DNA of 63,118 bases, counting the filler, from Rhabdomonas costata (taxonomy: Eukaryota), in the NCBI GenBank assembly GCA_019059605.1. It is 34 parts of 34 records of this genome, joined end to end, with 100 filler letters (N's around TTAATTAATTAA, not from the genome) between each part and the next. Parts side by side here need not be neighbours in the genome. Positions count along the whole stretch, not along the records: positions 52,070 to 53,828 come from JAHMHO010009480.1; positions 53,929 to 55,686 come from JAHMHO010009481.1; positions 55,787 to 57,543 come from JAHMHO010009482.1; positions 57,644 to 59,402 come from JAHMHO010009483.1; positions 59,503 to 61,259 come from JAHMHO010009484.1; positions 61,360 to 63,118 come from JAHMHO010009485.1; 28 more parts are not named here. One strand, written 5' to 3'. The position numbers and the translations under genes were made by a program. Positions 51,970 through 63,118 of the stretch are shown here, piece by piece. Position 1 is the stretch's first letter; the number at the start of each line of letters is the position of its first letter. The notes beneath the pieces were generated by a model. That model did not search any database. It was not told the DNA's origin and saw only the letters and a list, made by a program, of their open reading frames with translations.

Positions 51970-53932
51970 NNNNNNNNNNNNNNNNNNNNNNNNNNNNNNN
52001 NNNNNNNNNNNNNTTAATTAATTAANNNNNNNNNNNNNNNNNNNNNNNNNNNNNNNNNNNNNNNNNNNNTGTGGGGTGTGGAGGTTTGTGTTGGATCCCA
52101 CCGACGACTAGCTGGATGTCCTGTGCATCAACCCTTCCACGCCTGACCACTGTCCGCCTATGGAGTGGACCACGCTGGCCCTCCGAGATCCAACACAAAC
52201 CTCCACCTACCCCATACCAATTCGCTGCCTGATGGCGGAAACACTGACGCTCCACGTCGCCAGTGCCTGCTGCGGGTAAGCATCCCACCGCCCAGGGGCC
52301 CCGCTAATCATGAGCGCAGCCTCCACGCCACACTGGTTACCGCCCGGTGCTGCGTCATCAGCGTGGCTTTCCCATCTCGGCGAACGCCCTGTCCGACCCG
52401 CGTGCCAGCCGTCTGGGCCAGCCCGACCGAAGCTTGCTATTATTATTAGTATGTATTAGCTTTTGCTAACGCTGTTCTTGCATGACACCATGCTGCGGAT
52501 CGTTGTGGTGTTAAATTCGTGTTGTTTCAAATTTTGCTTTTTATTGATCCATGGATCGATGGAAAATCATTTAAATGGTCCTTTGGTAGTTTTTTTTGCA
52601 TATGATACGCCTGAAACCTCTACCGAATCCACTAGAGCGGCGCATCGTTCACCAGCATCGGTCACCGTAACACCCAGCGGCAAGCAGAAGTAACCTATTC
52701 TCAAACATCTTTGCCTGTGTGCATTTAATTTACACTTACATCAATGCAAGTGGTCGTTTGCCAAGCCCATCATGGAACCAATATTTCAGGTGAGAGTATT
52801 TTCAACAAGCACCATGGAAAGTAGTTATGGAGGCTCAGCGGAAGAGTGTGCACGCACGACAACAACTGCAGCTACCGGTGCTACACGTTCACAAATCCGA
52901 AATAACCTGGTATTTACAAGAATAAAGGCGCCAGTAACACGTGGTGCTGAATGGTGGTTACAATTTGCGGAACGTTCGGCGATGAGCAGTTTCCTGTTCC
53001 ACACGGCATCGTTCGCTCTAACGGCACCTCTCGCAAGCACACGTGGCCAACATTGCTGGCGCCATTATGTCAAGAGTGGTCAACAACAAACAAGCATCGA
53101 GGCAACCATGCAAGATCCAGAGCGCAATGCGCCAAGCACATACGCGCACACACAACGTCCCCTACACAATTCCAAGTGCATTTATTAAATGAGGGCTTCA
53201 GTACATGAGCCACGTTCCAAAACGAGTCTCTTAATTTCCTGTCGGTGTGCTCGTTTGCGCTGTACACTGCATAAATGTAACATAACCAAAGGGGAAGAAG
53301 TAAAAATGGTGCAAACACAAAAAAAGAGCAAAAGCTACAAAGTCAAACTAAATTCAAAACCGCGGATGGCACAAGTTATAGGAATAATTCTATCTAAAGC
53401 GTAATTTCTAGTTTTCCGACGGTTTTGCGCCACAACTGTCTGAGCCCTATATTGCTTCATTCCATAGATCAGAACTAAAACCGTGTACTTACCACAAAAA
53501 AGCTTAAAAGGTCAATGCGCGGATCCACTAATGATTTGTTTGTGGAATTGTTATTTGAAAATTAGTGTGCTCGAAAGCAACGAGAAAGGATTTTTGGTGG
53601 AGAGATTTGTAATTGGCGTACCGGCATATTAACTGATCTTACTAGTTTGACTCAAAAACACTATGTGCTGTATTATATGACTTTTTATCCCACATGAATA
53701 TATGGGCGGTAAACACGTCATCTTGTTGTCAGTGCCCTATCAGATAACATACAGCACCGGTGTCGTTACAGGTATAAGCGGCATCTAGATCCATGGTTTG
53801 TTCCCTGATGCATTGTGCCTTCCCCCACNNNNNNNNNNNNNNNNNNNNNNNNNNNNNNNNNNNNNNNNNNNNTTAATTAATTAANNNNNNNNNNNNNNNN
53901 NNNNNNNNNNNNNNNNNNNNNNNNNNNNGTGT

Positions 53933-54242
53933 GTTTTAGCGTGGTTGTTTAGGGTAGCAGGTAGGTGGTCTTGCGTTTCTGTAGCAGGGTAGGTGGAGTA
54001 GGCTTAGCGTAGGTGAGGAGGTGAGGTAGGGTAGGTATCTGGGGGCCTTACGTGGGGAAGTGGAGGGGTTGGGGCGTGGCATTTCTGGGTCGGTCTTTAG
54101 GTGGTGGGGAGTGGGTTCTTGCATCATGGTTGTTATCGGCGAAGTTGGGTCTGTAGCGGCATTCTTGGGGTGGTTGGAGACTGGGTTTTAGCGTGGTTGT
54201 TTAGGGTAGCAGGTAGGTGGTCTTGCGTTTCTGTAGCAGGGT
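53933..54242 (+). repeat. Exact 58-nt direct repeat (53933-53990, 54185-54242) in a G/T-skewed, exon-free contig
   Basis: gttttagcgtggttgtttagggtagcaggtaggtggtcttgcgtttctgtagcagggt occurs twice, 252 nt apart. Confidence 0.9.
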
Positions 54243-56055
54243 TAGTGGTGGTAGGGTGGGTATCTGAGGGCCTTAGGTGGGGATCTCACGGTGGTGAAGG
54301 GGTGGAATTCGTGGCCTCACCGTAAAATCCCCGCGCCACGTCCCGAAATGCCGACAGCTGGACCCACTACACCTGCTGCAACCACCTATTGATTTTTGAC
54401 GCCGACACGTGAACCCAAAACCCAACGCGTGTAAAACCCACACCCTCCAACATCACCCCAGGATACCGCTACCTACATCCCACCACAGAACCACCATTTA
54501 TGAACCACCCCTTCGTGCACCCAGGATCAGCTTAGCGGTGCCTTCCGGAGGAAAATGACCGTAAACCACCTGAACCCGGGCCGAAAAATCAGCGGAAACG
54601 GGCCAAAGGAAGAAAACATGAATTTTACAAGAATGCATCGTGCAGTATTGATTGTGTGGTGAAAAACTGAGTGCGTAGGGTAGATGGTGTGGGAGTACAG
54701 CGTAGGTAGGGTGTAGTCGCATCGGGTAACGTGGGGATTTCTGGGGAGGGTCGGGTACGTTTTCGTGGTCCGGTGGAGCGTTTCTGTGTATAATGTAGCG
54801 TTGGATTGGTTGGAGTGGTAGGGTGATGATGGCGACGTTGTGTGGAAGGTGTGGCACCACCTACCTTGTATGGAACCACCTACGTCACCCTCTACCTATG
54901 TGTGTACCCTTTATGGTATACCACTACTACGATAGCGTAGGGTTTGTGGTGCCATCTTCTATGGTAGTGCATCCTCCAGTCGGTAGGAACGCTTGACCAC
55001 TACCACCATCGCCACTCCTACTGCACGTGGGTTCCTCTTGGTGAGTTGTACCATGCCTATCATGAGTCCTGCACTCAGGTTCATGTGAGATGAGGGTAGA
55101 GCGCCAGACTCTGAGAGGCCAGCGACCATTGCCACTACGCGTGGTTAGTCAGCCGGCTCACCTCTCACGCTATGTCGACTTGAGTGTACTACATGCAGAT
55201 GTACGCACCACTACGCATACCCTTATCGTTCCACCGGTTATCGTGCGCCTTACGTCATCATCAAGCTGGTTTACGCCATAGCCCAGCATCCATCACTAGG
55301 TCTTTCATCAGTGGGACCACCACCGGAACCTTCCATGTGGCCTCGCCGAACCGCTACACACGTATTTCCAGGCGTACCTGAGACCACCGAACAACCTAGG
55401 CAAGGAACTTCAAGAACGACCACTCCATTAGTGCTCGATGTTACTAGGATACGTTGGGTTGTTTTCTTTTCGTGTGGAAGGATAATGAAGCAGCTACTCA
55501 CGTCAGTCCTCGGTCCTACAGCATCAGTGGCCTGCAGCCGGCTATACCCGGATACTTGTGATATCCCGAGGGACAGCGAATGACACCGAATCTAGAAACT
55601 ACACCCACGCGAAAATTCACCCCAACCCACGGAAAACAAAACCCGTCACCCCACACGCGAAACCCACACCTATCCCCACCCCACACNNNNNNNNNNNNNN
55701 NNNNNNNNNNNNNNNNNNNNNNNNNNNNNNTTAATTAATTAANNNNNNNNNNNNNNNNNNNNNNNNNNNNNNNNNNNNNNNNNNNNTGGTTTTCCTTGTG
55801 TTGATGCGTGCTTCACACACGTGCAAACAATGCGTACTCACCTATACTCTCGTCATATGTAATTCTGTAATTGCTGCCCTCAGAAATGTTGCTCTTTAAG
55901 AAAATGTTGCCTGGCAGCAGCATTTGCCAGTGCCAAATGACAGGAGCTTTTCGAAATAAAAGGCTTCTCCGTCTTTTGCCTGTTTATCATGACAAATTCT
56001 CCCTCAATCCACCCCCATCACCAGTTTGTGTGTCCGTGTTTCCTTTAATACGCAG

Positions 56056-56947
56056 CCCCTCCCACTCGGGTGGCGATGCCTGTGCAGCAGCCCCTCCCCG
56101 TTGCGCTGCCCAAGCCCCCCTTCTCGCCCGAGCCTGACACCAACCTCTTCATTCGGGGGCTGGACCAGTGGATCACCGACCTGCAGCTCTACGAGGCTTT
56201 TGCGCCGTACGGCGCGATCACCTCTGTGAAGGTGATCGTGGATCCTAGTACGGGGTTCCCGAAGGTCAGTGACTTCTTCCTGTTGCACGGGTGCACGCTG
56301 TCTTTCCTTGTGTGGGCATATGCCTGGACCGAAGAGTGCATCTGTGGCGATTGCTGATCCTTCACTTTCAGCATTCATTTGGAGCAGGTCCGGGTCGTGT
56401 GCATACAATTGGTCTCCCTAAACGCCGCGGGACAGGTTTTTCAACCCTCGGGCTGGTTTTTTGTGCTCCTTTTGGTGCTGTCACTTGCTTTGGAGCTTTC
56501 TCGACGCTTTCCTCGTGCCTCTTCCCACCGTGGGCCCAGGACATAACTACCAGCAATCTGCCGATATGAAGAATTAATTTGCACCTTACACACCAAATTT
56601 CTGGTCTGGTATAAACTGTAAAACGAACGTTTCTGAGAGAAATTTAGGCATTCATTTGGTACGTCAATTGTTCTCTCTCTCGCTCTCTCTCTCTCGCTCT
56701 CTCGCGCTCTCTCTCTCTCTCTCTCTCTCTTCGTGCATGTAAGTTATAAGATCATTTAACTGCTCAGCTCAGAGTTCACCCCTTTCACACTCATTTGCAC
56801 ACACACACACACTCTCTTCGGTCTTAGGGCTATGGCTTTGTGCAATTCCTGTTCGCTGCGGATGCCGCCAACGCAATGGGAGCCCTGAACGGAGTTCAGG
56901 TCGGTGCCGGCCAATGGCAGGTCAGCCTGCACAAGAGAAAGGTCTAG
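56056..56947 (+). CDS. RRM RNA-binding protein, ELAV/CELF-like terminal RRM (exons 56056-56264, 56828-56947)
   Basis: DTNLFIRGL (RNP2)...LYEAFAPYGAITSVKVIVDPSTGFPK|GYGFVQF (RNP1)...AANAMGALNGVQVGAGQWQVSLHKRKV*. Confidence 0.88.
56672..56730 (+). repeat. (CT)n microsatellite, interrupted, intronic
   Basis: Direct reading. Confidence 0.9.
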
Positions 56948-57946
56948 GCCGATTATGGCCAGTGCTATTTCGGTGGGCTGCATAGCACACGTGAGAGCTT
57001 CTCGGAAAGCTTTCCTCTTGCTCTGTGCGATCGCTGTATCGCGCGATGGTGCCCTGGCTTCCTCCAGGGAGTGGCTATGCGGTTTTGGTGCGGAATTGCT
57101 GTTCACTTGTGTTTGTGTGCAGAAGCGGTGCACTCGTTCTTCTTCGTGAGGGGCCCGTGAAGGATACTGCAGATGTCGCCAGGGGGCGGCGATGGTTTGT
57201 GTGACTTTGCAATAAAATCCTGCTGGAGACATGAATTCTGAACGCTAGTACCGTGAAACGCAGTCTCTCGGACAATATGTCTTACTTCCTTGGGGCCGAC
57301 CCCCAATACCTGTTGTTGCCTCAGTGGTAGCCTCGCATTTGGAAGTTCCGAACAAGCGACCGCTCTCTCTATTCCTGCGTGTATGTCTTTCTTTAGCTGT
57401 ATGTATGTGTGTCTTTTGGCCTGTCCGTGTCACCTAGCTTTTCTTGGATTCTTGGCTATTCTCTCCACGTGCTTGCCGCGTGACGTGGGACGTTGCCTTC
57501 TATTTTCCGTCCTTGCTGTATTTTTTCTCATACCCACCACCACNNNNNNNNNNNNNNNNNNNNNNNNNNNNNNNNNNNNNNNNNNNNTTAATTAATTAAN
57601 NNNNNNNNNNNNNNNNNNNNNNNNNNNNNNNNNNNNNNNNNNNGGTGTGGGCCTGCGCACAGCTCAGAACATAGCGCAGGCCCATGGCGCTGATCAAAGA
57701 AGGCACAAGACTGAGCTTTGGCAGGCAGACAGCACAGCAATTATTCACGAACGAAGGGCTCAAACGTGCTTCTGGAGCATGTGTGCGGCCACGAGGAACC
57801 TTACTTCCCGAGGGAATATCTCCACTGATACGCTGATGGCGAGCTGCCCGGAACTACTGAGCTGGTGCCTTGACTCAGCAGATGATTGTGATAGTTCTTT
57901 CCCGTGGTGCCTGGAGGGGATCGTTTTTTTTTCCGTTTTCTGAAAG

Positions 57947-59390
57947 GTTCGTGGTGTGCTGCACGCGGTGCGTGCGATGCTGAGACCTGGCGGGGTGTTC
58001 ATGGGGACGACGGTGGACGACACGGCGCTGCTGGCGCGTACCCGCGTCGCTGTATCCAAAATGTCCATCGGAGGGGATGGAGACGCCGCGGGGCAACAGG
58101 TTCTTTATGGGTGCTCTGACAGGGGATGTTGGCGCTTGTTGTGCTTGTTGTTTCCGCACTCAGTGAATTTGAGATGCAGAAGAAAAAATAGGTACCTGTG
58201 ACATTGTGTGTGTGTGTGTTATTTGTGGAGGAAGCAGAAAAAACATACGCACCTTACAAACCAAGCGCAGTGCTACTCTGTGCCCGTTCTGGCGCACACT
58301 CTGTTTCCCCTGCCTCCCCAAGTAATCCAACGTAAGATTTTCAGGGGGTTAGAGGACGGAACTTATGATAGGAGGCAATGCACTTGTCCCTTAGGATCAT
58401 AATCATCGTTTTCCACCCCATGTTCCACTTTGAACTCGTGCCCTTCTTTTTTTTTCTGCATTCGGTGGAGTGAAACTTTTCAGTTTCAGTTCCAGTGAAA
58501 CATGGAATGGCCCACGCTGTACTGGAAGAGGTGCCCTCCCCCCTCACCACTACATCTCCATTCACATGCACGCACAGGAGACAGTGGAGTTTGGCAACAC
58601 CTTCTACAGAGTTCGCTGCGATCCCAAGGCTTTGCTGGGGGGTCCGGTGTACGGGGTGCAGTACCAGTTCACTCTGCAGGTTTGCTCTGGGAAGAACGCT
58701 CGCCACGAGCACCACTATGTGCGCAATTTTCACACGGAATGGGACCGTTGACCGTTTTATTTCTAGAAGCATGGTGCTGGCATCACGATTTGTGTTGAAC
58801 CTCCTCCTTCTTCTCGTTTATTCGCTCCCAGCCAGGTTGAGGTTTGGTTGAGGGGCTTCCTACCAGGTGTCCGAAACTTTCAGAACCAGTATGTTTTTGC
58901 CCAAAAAGGCATAAACGCTGCTGATGTTGCTGAGACATAAGTATGTTCTTCTGCGAACGGGAGATTTTACCGTGTGGGCTTGAGTGATCCCCGCCGCTAT
59001 GCCTCGCCGTGCCTTCCATACACTTCCATACACTGTATGCCTCACCGATTTCAGCAATGCCTGCGTTTAAGAGGGGGTCATTTCGAAACAATAGCGAGCT
59101 CCATAGCGCCCGCTAAGGTCCTTCCCCAATGTTCATGGCACACATCCCACGTTCAAACAGACAACTCAAACAATGTGTCCATTCTGACGCTGGAGGCTTC
59201 TGGTCACATGCAATCATACTTGAAATTGACACCCTCTACCACATGAAGTGGTTTGAGCTCACAACAAGGGCCAGTCTCTTGATTCACCTTCCTTGAGCCA
59301 CTCATTGCACAGGACAGCGTGGAGAGCTTGCCGGAGTCCGTGGTGCGGTGGGCACCCTTCCTGAACCTAGCCCAGGAGTATGGCCTCACC
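57947..59390 (+). CDS. mRNA cap guanine-N7 methyltransferase (RNMT/Abd1/CMT1-like), C-terminal half (exons 57947-58051, 58578-58679, 59313-~59390)
   Basis: LRPGGVFMGTTVD..ALLARTRVA|ETVEFGNTFYRV...PVYGVQYQFTLQ|DSVESLPESVV.W..F..LAQEYGL. This matches the RNMT motifs L.PGG.F.GT, FGN..Y.V and G..Y.F.L.D.V...PE..V. Confidence 0.85.
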
Positions 59391-59533
59391 GCACCACAAA
59401 CANNNNNNNNNNNNNNNNNNNNNNNNNNNNNNNNNNNNNNNNNNNNTTAATTAATTAANNNNNNNNNNNNNNNNNNNNNNNNNNNNNNNNNNNNNNNNNN
59501 NNTTGTGGGGGGTGGGTGTGTTTGGTGTTGTGG

Positions 59534-60724
59534 TGATGATGGCGGGCGGGGTGAGGTGGCCCGAGGGTGCGTGGGGGTTGACCACGAAGGTCAACTTGGC
59601 GCCAGCGGCGTTCATCCGGGAGGCGAAGTCCGGGGGAAGGCTGTAGTCCGAGTTCAGCGGGACCCTACACGCAGGTAGACCGGTGGGGTGCAAGCACACC
59701 GGAAGGAACAAATGTATGGGGAGGGGGGGTTAAACGCCTGCAAAGAGAAAACGCAAAAGAGCCATATTTCGACGTTTGGCTCAATTTTAAACCATATGAG
59801 GGGCAAGTCCAGCGCGTCCCCTTCGTTCCACCCGTCCGCGCGTTAGGCTGGTCACAGGGCTTTTGCACTCTCACTCATGCTCGGGCACCCAATATTCCAA
59901 AGGGTAGAGCTCAGTAAAATCGCGAGCCAGAATCCAGATTCTGGGTTCTTTGGACTTACTTGAAGTCACTTGAAGTCCGTTTTGACAGGCGTTACTGCCG
60001 GAGAAGGATGTAGTCCCAGTTCGGCGGGACCCTGCACGCAGTTAGAACGATGGGATGCATGCACAGCTCAACATGAGAGAAAACACGGAGGGCCCATACA
60101 GGAGAAGTTTCGCTCAATCTCTCGTTCAAGGGAGGTAACTACCGTGCGTCCCTTCCTCCACCCATTGGGCCGCATACACTGACTATAAGCCGCATTTATT
60201 CTGGGTCGGCCAGGTTTCCTGAGGGCTCAGTAAAATAGCTGGCAGGCACTCGAGCGTGATGCATTTATTTGGACTTCGTTTTTGAGGCCACCTGGAGGCC
60301 GTTTGGGGAGCCCGTTATTGGGAGGTAATTGGCGTCGGCTCGCAAGCTCAAGGTCAAAAACCTACGCATCTTAGCTGACCATTGAAGTTCATAACACGCA
60401 GGGCAATGTGACTTGGAAATGCTGCAACGAAAAAGAGCTTTGTTGCGTTCAACAAAAAAACTGAGTCATACCATAAAGAGGTTTCATTTGGAGTAAGAGA
60501 CGTCTTTTTTTCGCTGCTGGAGTGTCATGCGGCGCTTGAAACACCGCGTAACCAAACACTTATTTGCAAATATGCACATACTTGTGGATTCGGGCATCCT
60601 GGATCTCGGCCAGCACGGGGTACAGGGTGTAGCTGGGCTCGGAGTACCCGATGATCTCACCAGGTCCCACAAAGGTTGTCACCAGCAGCCGCAGAAGCTC
60701 GTCCCCTCCGTTGGTGTGGATGAC
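59534..60724 (-). CDS. hisC: Histidinol-phosphate aminotransferase (HisC-like), internal exons (60724-60582, 59664-~59534)
   Basis: VIHTNGGDELLRLLVTTFVGPGEIIGYSEPSYTLYPVLAEIQDARIHK|VPLNSDYSLP...AGAKLTFVVNPHAPSG. The NG.DE, PSY.LY and NP.(N/A)P(T/S)G motifs of HisC are present; phase-2 GT-AG intron. Confidence 0.85.
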
Positions 60725-63118
60725 CTGACCACCACCACATCCCCCTGCGACATTTTCCGGTCTTTAACTAACTGCCCGTTACCACAGCACCCGCCTTTTC
60801 AAGCGCTCCATCGCTGCCTTTAAATAAATACAAAACTCTTCATACATGAAGGCATCACCTTATCAACATTCCATGATTTGCTCAAAAGCGCAAGGTAACG
60901 GGCCATGCAAAACGAACTTTCCACGATAAATTTATGCCATCTTTATGGGGAGAACTGCATCATTCATACACGCACCGGACATCCGCCAGAATTAAGATAC
61001 GGATACGCACAAGGTGATCTGCAGTGCTAAGCCCCAAGGAATTGCCGGCACGCGACGGGGGGTCTGATTCCCCTATTCCCTGAACCGCATCCCATCCCAC
61101 GCACGCAAGAAGCTTTTACCACTCACCACACCCTCTTCCCAGTAGTCAACTCGAACACCATCTAACCTAAATGAAACCCAGAACCTGTCCCTTGCCTCAT
61201 AAAAACATTCCATGCCTCAGTGATTATTGATTTTCTTATAATCGTGATTACCCACCACCNNNNNNNNNNNNNNNNNNNNNNNNNNNNNNNNNNNNNNNNN
61301 NNNTTAATTAATTAANNNNNNNNNNNNNNNNNNNNNNNNNNNNNNNNNNNNNNNNNNNNGTTGTTAATACAATAGAATTTGGAAATTTTGAAAACTTTTA
61401 AATCCAGCCATATTACCAAAACAAAAAACGTAGGATTTAAAAGTTTTCAAAATTTCCAAATTCTATTGTATTAAAAACACAATGAAATTAAATAACGTAC
61501 TACTTGCGTACGTACTCACTGTTGCGTCTACATTTACATCTTTACACAGAAGCATGCACAAATTCATAAATATGGATGCATAAGTCTCAAATGTACGGCT
61601 AAAAATGTAACAACTCAAATAAAATGTCGAACGTTTTCAAAAAGACGCACATTTGCACCACCAATCATAATATTCACATTTTTAAACGGAGTGACACGGC
61701 TCACTTCAACTTCAATGCGTCGAAAATTTGCACCATTGGCGCATATTCTTATCATATCTGAATAACTGGTAAAACATTAATTTCACAAAACACTTGGAAA
61801 AATGACAAAAAAAACCTGAAAGAGAAAACACAAAAAACATGTGAATTTCATGCTATGTGCGCAAAACTCCCACCTAAGTAAAACTCCACGCAGAAATATT
61901 TACAAAAATCCAAAACAATCAAAACCATGGAAACCACACAACGCCTTCTCCGCAGCCATCGAGGCTTTTGCAGTCAGTACATGTCAAAACTGAGGATAAC
62001 GTAAAAAATATGCAGCTTACAGCTGAGTTGCTGATGTTAAATTGGGTCTCCGGTGACGACGCAGCGATTGATCGTACAATTGTTTACAGCCTGAACCAAT
62101 GGCATTCTTTGGATCCACATCACGCCGCTGCCTACAAAGCAAAAACATCCAAGCGCAAAAAAATTATACGCACCATGTGAAGTTGTTGGGCGCGTTTGGC
62201 GCCCACTGGCTATGATTTCAACGCTTTTTGGTCAGCTTTTCTCGAGATACGCAAAGCTCTTTGCATGAAATCCAGACCCTCACAGCCAAAAAACATTCCC
62301 CATACACGTGGTAGGTGTGCTACGGTAGGTTGTTTTTCGCGCCTCTCATCGTCTCGCATCACCGTAGGGTTGTGGGTTGTATGCCATCATTACGAGTATT
62401 TACACACACATTCACCACATTTGCTGGTATACAGGGATAGTATGGCTAGAGAAACAACTAAGCGCAGAAAATGAGTGAAGCACCAGAGACTTATAGTAGC
62501 TATAATCATCACAGAACATTCCATCTTACCTTGGGTGACCCTCCATCACTCAACTCATCACGCGGCACCCATACAATCATCACATCCACAATAATGCGTG
62601 GATGGCCACTCTGTTACTATGAATCCCGTCTCTAGAAGTCTTAGTCTTGGCTTTACAAAATAAGCTCATGGTCTGTATATGTGTCTCCATAATAGCATCA
62701 TGCCACCAATGTGTTGATAATATATTGTGCCATTGGCCTTACTATGATTATCAGTAGCCATGACCATGTTGCCCGGTCCCAACTTGCACTGGGACCTTGC
62801 TAAAGCAACCACAACTGTGACGGATTCCAACACCAATCCACACTGCAAACATTGAAGTAGTTGCTAAACCACTAAATCATAAGCGTGAGTGACAATGTGA
62901 CCACAACACACATTGTCAGTACCACCACAGCATGATGAATACAACATCATATGTCATTGCCGCGGTGACACAACTAGGCTTGTGACTTGCTGACATTTGT
63001 ATCGACTCATCACCACAAATCTCACCATGACGTAATGCTGTGCCACTATGCCATGTAGTGATGCTAGTGTTGGGGCACGTCCCCAACCATCTACATCACG
63101 GACAAGCCCACACACCAC

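Noticed and set aside
1762..61359. Regularly spaced TTAATTAATTAA palindromes resembling a CRISPR-like or periodic array
   Set aside because: Each sits inside an identical N-padded block; this is an assembly linker, not biology.

Overview
This window is not one continuous locus. It is a pseudo-scaffold of 34 unrelated short contigs of about 1.76 kb each, apparently length-sorted, joined by 33 artificial 100-nt linkers (44 N + TTAATTAATTAA + 44 N; stops in all six frames). Neighbouring genes are therefore not physically linked, and no operon-like or multi-gene system can be inferred. The contigs come from an intron-rich flagellate eukaryote. GC-rich exons of about 30-430 nt lie in longer introns with very degenerate GT (sometimes GC) donors and frequent AAG acceptors. 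Motifs in SKP1, MIC10 and ATM1 resemble those I recall from euglenozoan orthologues. With the high intron density this suggests a euglenid or diplonemid rather than a kinetoplastid (inference). G/T-rich contig starts, C/A-rich contig ends and three fold-back inverted repeats at contig starts point to whole-genome amplification. Gene fragments recognised by hand-splicing: LENG8/THP3, PDI, a DEAH helicase, a peroxisomal D-amino-acid oxidase, a fucosyltransferase-like protein, organellar IF2, hemerythrin, a degenerate class III cyclase, MMSDH, a tandem thioredoxin, SKP1, kinesin-9, TFIP11, two axonemal dyneins, MIC10, a CAMK kinase, an RRM protein, cap N7-methyltransferase and HisC. There is also an intronless ATM1 pseudogene and a decayed Ty3/Gypsy pol. 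The best leads are single-gene oddities: IF2 with DTPGN in place of DTPGH, an exon-unit tandem thioredoxin, an intron-bearing hemerythrin, a pseudo-cyclase, a DAO with a Cys-rich insert, and a bacterial-like intron-containing HisC. All family assignments come from motif recognition; no database search was run.
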